A stretch of 52,716 nucleotides of DNA from Ilumatobacter sp. GTDB lineage: Bacteria > Actinomycetota > Acidimicrobiia > Acidimicrobiales > Ilumatobacteraceae. The first letter of the stretch is position 1. Every line of letters starts with the position of its first letter. Positions 49,467-52,716 of this stretch are shown here, piece by piece. Below the pieces are notes generated by a model. That model was not told where the DNA came from. It saw only the letters and a program-made list of their open reading frames with translations, and made no database searches. Where the stretch lies: contig JBFHJC010000001.1 in the NCBI GenBank assembly GCA_041596155.1, positions 1 through 52,716 of the forward strand. The letters are read 5' to 3'. The translations under genes and the position numbers were made by a program.

Positions 49467-50126
49467 ATGGTGTGGGCGCCCACCGACGAGTACCCGCACG
49501 CGGCCGGCGCGGGTGCCCCGGTCGTCGAGGAGTGGGTCTTCGCTGCCTGGTCGGGCGATGGTCGGACTGGATTCGTGTCGGGGCACCGGCTGCTCGGCCG
49601 CCGGGCCTGGTACTGGTCGGCGCTCGCCGCGGCCGGTCGACCGCTGCTCCACCTCGCGGAGTGGGACGTCGCCGTGCGCGTCGACCCGTTCGTGGTGAAG
49701 GCACCCGAGATGTGGGCCGAGCACCATTGCGTCGCCCCCTTCGAGCAGTGGTCGATCGGCAACGAGGCGCACTTCGTCGCGCTCGACGACGCCGACGAGG
49801 CCCTCGACCGCGCGTACGGCACGCCCACGCCGATGGCCGCCGATCTCGAGTGGTACGCGACCAGCGAGCCGTCGGCCATTCCGGACGGATACGAGCAGTC
49901 CGGCGTCGTCCACGGCGTCGTCGAACTGCTCGGGCGACCCGATGTCGGTTTCGAGGAAGCGCCGGCCCACCGCTGGCGCCGATGGGCGGGCCGCCGCCTG
50001 GCGCCGATCGAGCTGCCCCCGGCGGTCGCCCACACCGGGCTGCGGGCGCCGTTCGCGTTCCCCGACGGCACGGTCGCCGACTGGGTGCTCAGTCCTCGTG
50101 GCTGGTCGTCTCGAACTCGTCGCTGA
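49467..50126 (+). CDS. Hypothetical protein (Trp-rich, probably beta-barrel fold)
   Basis: Coding-like 219 aa. TAGTCT -10 lies 8 nt before the ATG. Motifs PFEQW, DLEWYA, GYEQ.G.VHG. Confidence 0.7.
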   Translation: MVWAPTDEYPHAAGAGAPVVEEWVFAAWSGDGRTGFVSGHRLLGRRAWYWSALAAAGRPLLHLAEWDVAVRVDPFVVKAPEMWAEHHCVAPFEQWSIGNEAHFVALDDADEALDRAYGTPTPMAADLEWYATSEPSAIPDGYEQSGVVHGVVELLGRPDVGFEEAPAHRWRRWAGRRLAPIELPPAVAHTGLRAPFAFPDGTVADWVLSPRGWSSRTRR

Positions 50127-51096
50127 CGCGTGCCACATCGGTGACGGGTGCCACATCGGTGACCGGGGTGGCGTCGGGCGTCGGTGCCGGTCGGCGGCGG
50201 AGTGCCCGGCGGACCCCCAGCACCACCACCACGGCGGCGAGCCCGGCGGCGAGGAACGGCAACATGACCGCGAGCACGAATGCCAGGACGAAGAAGAACG
50301 CGGCGAAGGCGTCCCACCCCGATCGCAGGGCGTCGCGGAGGCCGTTGGGCTCGTCGGCCTCCGGCACCGACGCGGCCGGCACGACTTCGATCGTGATCGT
50401 GGAGAGCGCGACGCGGTCGGAGAGGTTCCGCTGCTGGGCTTCCAGTCGCTCGAGGTCGGTCTGACGGCGGGTGAGCTCGGCCTCGAGGGTGACCAGATCG
50501 CTCAGATCGCCGGCGCGATCCATGAACTCGCGCACGTTGGCGACGCTCTCGCGGGCATTGCGGATCCGGACGTCGAGATCGACGAGTTGCTCGGTGACGT
50601 CCTGCGCCGACTGGTTGATCGACACGATGTCGCCGGTCGAGTCGAGGCCGGCGAGCAGCCGGTCTGCCTGGGCCGGCGGCACCTTGACGACCACGATCGC
50701 GTAGCCGTCGTCGCCGTCGCGCCCGCTGCCGTAGTCGACGTCGGCCGACGCCACGCCGCCGCCGAGTGCGCTGGCGCTGGCGCGGATCGACGCCACGGCG
50801 CGCCCGACGTCGTCGGTGCTGACGACGACGCGCATCTCGACGATCACGTCGCGGCCGATCGTGCCGACATCGAACTCGCCGGCGTCGGACGTGCCGGAGT
50901 CGCCCACCTCGTAGAACCCGGGCCTCTCTGCCGGTTCCTCGGCGGGTTCGGCGGCCGGTTCTTCGGCCCCCGCATCGTCGGGCGGGCTCGCCGCCGACAT
51001 GTCGTCGTCGCCACCGCACGCACCGACGGTGAGTACGCCCGCAAGGGTCAGGGCGCCGAAGCGTCGCAGGTTGGTGTTCACGCTGATGTTCCCCAT
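50089..51096 (-). CDS. DUF4349-domain lipoprotein
   Basis: Lipobox VGAC, 'AQDVT.Q.VDL.VRI.N...S..N.RE.M.RA..LSD...LE.EL...Q..LE.LE', C-terminal TM. Confidence 0.85.
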   Translation of the reverse strand: MGNISVNTNLRRFGALTLAGVLTVGACGGDDDMSAASPPDDAGAEEPAAEPAEEPAERPGFYEVGDSGTSDAGEFDVGTIGRDVIVEMRVVVSTDDVGRAVASIRASASALGGGVASADVDYGSGRDGDDGYAIVVVKVPPAQADRLLAGLDSTGDIVSINQSAQDVTEQLVDLDVRIRNARESVANVREFMDRAGDLSDLVTLEAELTRRQTDLERLEAQQRNLSDRVALSTITIEVVPAASVPEADEPNGLRDALRSGWDAFAAFFFVLAFVLAVMLPFLAAGLAAVVVVLGVRRALRRRPAPTPDATPVTDVAPVTDVARVSDEFETTSHED

Positions 51097-51104
51097 GGCG
51101 GTTC

Positions 51105-51131
51105 GACGTTGCCGCGGTCGGTACCGGTTCC
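51105..51131 (-). promoter_or_regulatory. ECF sigma-type promoter (leaderless)
   Basis: Minus strand GGAACC-N17-CGTC, then gaaccgcc-ATG(51096). Confidence 0.55.
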
Positions 51132-51185
51132 CGTGCCACACTCGTCCGCGATGACGATCGCGTTACGGCTCCGGAGCTCCCGAGC

Positions 51186-51992
51186 GTGAGGTACGAGCGC
51201 GACATCCTCGACGACGTCGCCGAGGCGCGGCGGCGCGTGCCGTACCCGACCGTCGAGGTGGAGATGGGCCTCGTCGTCGAAGACCGCGCCAGCGGCTTCG
51301 TCGGCGACGTGGTGCGATGGAATTACGACGCGATCACGCTGCGCGATCGCAAACAGCACCTGCGCCACTTCACCTGGAAGCCGGGCGGGTTCCTGCTCGA
51401 GGGCGTACCGGTCACATTGGCGCGACCAGCACAACGACGCAGCGCCATCCCCAGAGTGACCGCGTCGGGATCGATCGCCGCCGACGGGACGACCGCGGCG
51501 CGGGTCGCGAGGGCGAGCCGGATCTGGGTCGAGGGCAAGCACGACGCCGAGCTGCTCGAGCACGTGTGGGGCGACGACCTGCGCGAGCTCGGCGTCGTCG
51601 TGGAGCCGATGCACGGCGCGGACGACCTCTCGGTGGCGGTTCGCGAGTTCGGGCCGGGCGAACAGCGGCGCCTCGGCGTGCTACTCGACCATCTCGTCGA
51701 GGGCTCGAAAGAGTTCCGCATCGCCGCGGCCGTCGACCATCCGGCGGTCTTGGTGGCCGGTCACCCGTTCGTCGACGTCTGGGCCGGCATCCGCCCGAAG
51801 GTCGTCGGGTTGGCGACATGGCCCGACGTGGCGATGGGGCAGCCGTGGAAGGAGGGCGTCTGCGCCGCCCTCGGCGTGGATCTCGAAGGTTTCTGGCCGC
51901 GCCTGCGCAACCGGGTGACGACCTACGCCGACCTCGAACCCGAGCTCGTCGGCGCCGTCGAGCGCCTCATCGACTTCGTGGCCGACGCCTGA
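51186..51992 (+). CDS. DUF3097-family protein
   Basis: GLVVED..SGFVG.VV, TASGS, ARVARASRIWVEGKHDAEL.E.VWGDDLR, RRLGVLLDHLV.GSKE, GAVERLIDFV. Confidence 0.88.
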   Translation: MRYERDILDDVAEARRRVPYPTVEVEMGLVVEDRASGFVGDVVRWNYDAITLRDRKQHLRHFTWKPGGFLLEGVPVTLARPAQRRSAIPRVTASGSIAADGTTAARVARASRIWVEGKHDAELLEHVWGDDLRELGVVVEPMHGADDLSVAVREFGPGEQRRLGVLLDHLVEGSKEFRIAAAVDHPAVLVAGHPFVDVWAGIRPKVVGLATWPDVAMGQPWKEGVCAALGVDLEGFWPRLRNRVTTYADLEPELVGAVERLIDFVADA

Positions 51993-52132
51993 TCGGCGCG
52001 GTCGAACGCCTCATCGACGTCGTGACCGACGGCTGATCGGCGCGGTCGAGCGCCTCATCGACGTCGTGGCCGACGCCTGATCGGCGCGGTCGAACGCCTC
52101 ATCGACGTCGTGGCCGACGGCTGATCGGCGCC
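51949..52132 (+). repeat. 44-bp tandem repeat x4 (plus 8-bp partial) copying the DUF3097 3' end and stop codon
   Basis: Units at 51949, 51993, 52037 and 52081, consensus tcggcgcggtcgaRcgcctcatcgacgtcgtggccgacgSctga. No spacers. Confidence 0.95.
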
Positions 52133-52144
52133 GCCGCGTCGAAC

Positions 52145-52716
52145 TCACCACACCGGATCGAACCGTCGCACGAGCAGCAGCGCGAGCCCGACCGTCAACA
52201 GGATCGATCCGATCGCGATCAAGGTCCGGCTCTCGGCGCCGGTCGGGGGCGATGACGCCACGATCGTGGTCGACGTCGTCGACGTGCTCGACGACGTGCT
52301 CGACGACGTGCTGGACGAGGTGCTCGTCGAGGTGCTCGACGACGTCGACGTCGGGCCGCCATCGGCGACGCTCGTCGTGGTGGTCGCGCCCGGCTGGGTC
52401 GTCGTCGGGCCACCACTCGCCACGCTCGTGGTGGTGGTGCCGCCCGGCTCGGTCGTGGTCGTGGCCGGTTGGCTGGTCGTGGTCGTTCCACCGGGCTCGG
52501 TCGTGGTCGTACCGGGCAGGCTGCTGGTGGTCGTGGTGCTGCCCGGGACGCTGGTGGTCGTGGTGGTACCGGGGACGCTGGTGGTCGTCGTGCTGTCCGG
52601 CACGGTGGTGCTCGACTTCGGGACGCTGGTGGTCGTGGTGCTGTCCGGCACGGTGGTGCTCGACTTCGGGACGCTGGTGGTCGTGGTGCTGTCCGGCACG
52701 GTGGTGCTCGACCTCG
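52145..52716 (-). CDS. Ser/Thr-rich cell-surface protein, C-terminal part with LPXTG-like sorting signal (5' end outside window)
   Basis: Mucin-like Thr repeats, then PPTGA, a hydrophobic helix and an RR tail. The frame runs off the window end. Confidence 0.8.
   Translation of the reverse strand, partial: RSSTTVPDSTTTTSVPKSSTTVPDSTTTTSVPKSSTTVPDSTTTTSVPGTTTTTSVPGSTTTTSSLPGTTTTEPGGTTTTSQPATTTTEPGGTTTTSVASGGPTTTQPGATTTTSVADGGPTSTSSSTSTSTSSSTSSSTSSSTSTTSTTIVASSPPTGAESRTLIAIGSILLTVGLALLLVRRFDPVW
52572..52715 (-). repeat. 48-bp coding tandem repeat x3 (KSSTTVPDSTTTTSVP)
   Basis: Units at 52572, 52620 and 52668. Probably continues beyond the window. Confidence 0.9.

Noticed and set aside
51949-52132. 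CRISPR array
   Set aside because: Head-to-tail repeats with no unique spacers, derived from coding sequence, and no cas genes in the window.

Overview
High-GC actinobacterial chromosomal segment. Gene content and protein style suggest Acidimicrobiia (Ilumatobacter-like), which is an inference. It is densely coding, with about 48 real genes; most long ORFs in the track are antisense or alternate-frame shadows. Content includes lipid/acyl-CoA catabolism (BVMO fragment, FadB-like enzyme, two acyl-CoA dehydrogenases, two thiolases, SDR, P450, SCP2), egtB-egtD, a stand-alone RND permease, an Rrf2 regulator, a lipoprotein Cu-nitrite reductase with an extra cupredoxin domain, an Opp/Dpp-type ABC operon, a cysH-cysG-cobA-sulfite reductase operon, an M16 peptidase, a Zn-ADH/MoxR/VWA cluster, LCP, L,D-transpeptidase, valS, glgA/glgM, Fpg/Nei and a truncated Thr-rich surface protein. 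I found no rRNA, tRNA, CRISPR, phage or transposase. The top observation is the MoxR AAA+ ATPase/VWA junction. It carries a textbook -1 programmed frameshift signal: in-frame G_GGA_AAA at 41285-41291, a 6-nt spacer and a GC hairpin, inside the short window where both frames are open. This predicts that one locus makes both a 305-aa ATPase and a ~616-aa AAA-VWA fusion. Many candidate promoters and operators (SigF-, ECF-, DosR-, CymR-like, leaderless) are also readable in the intergenic DNA.
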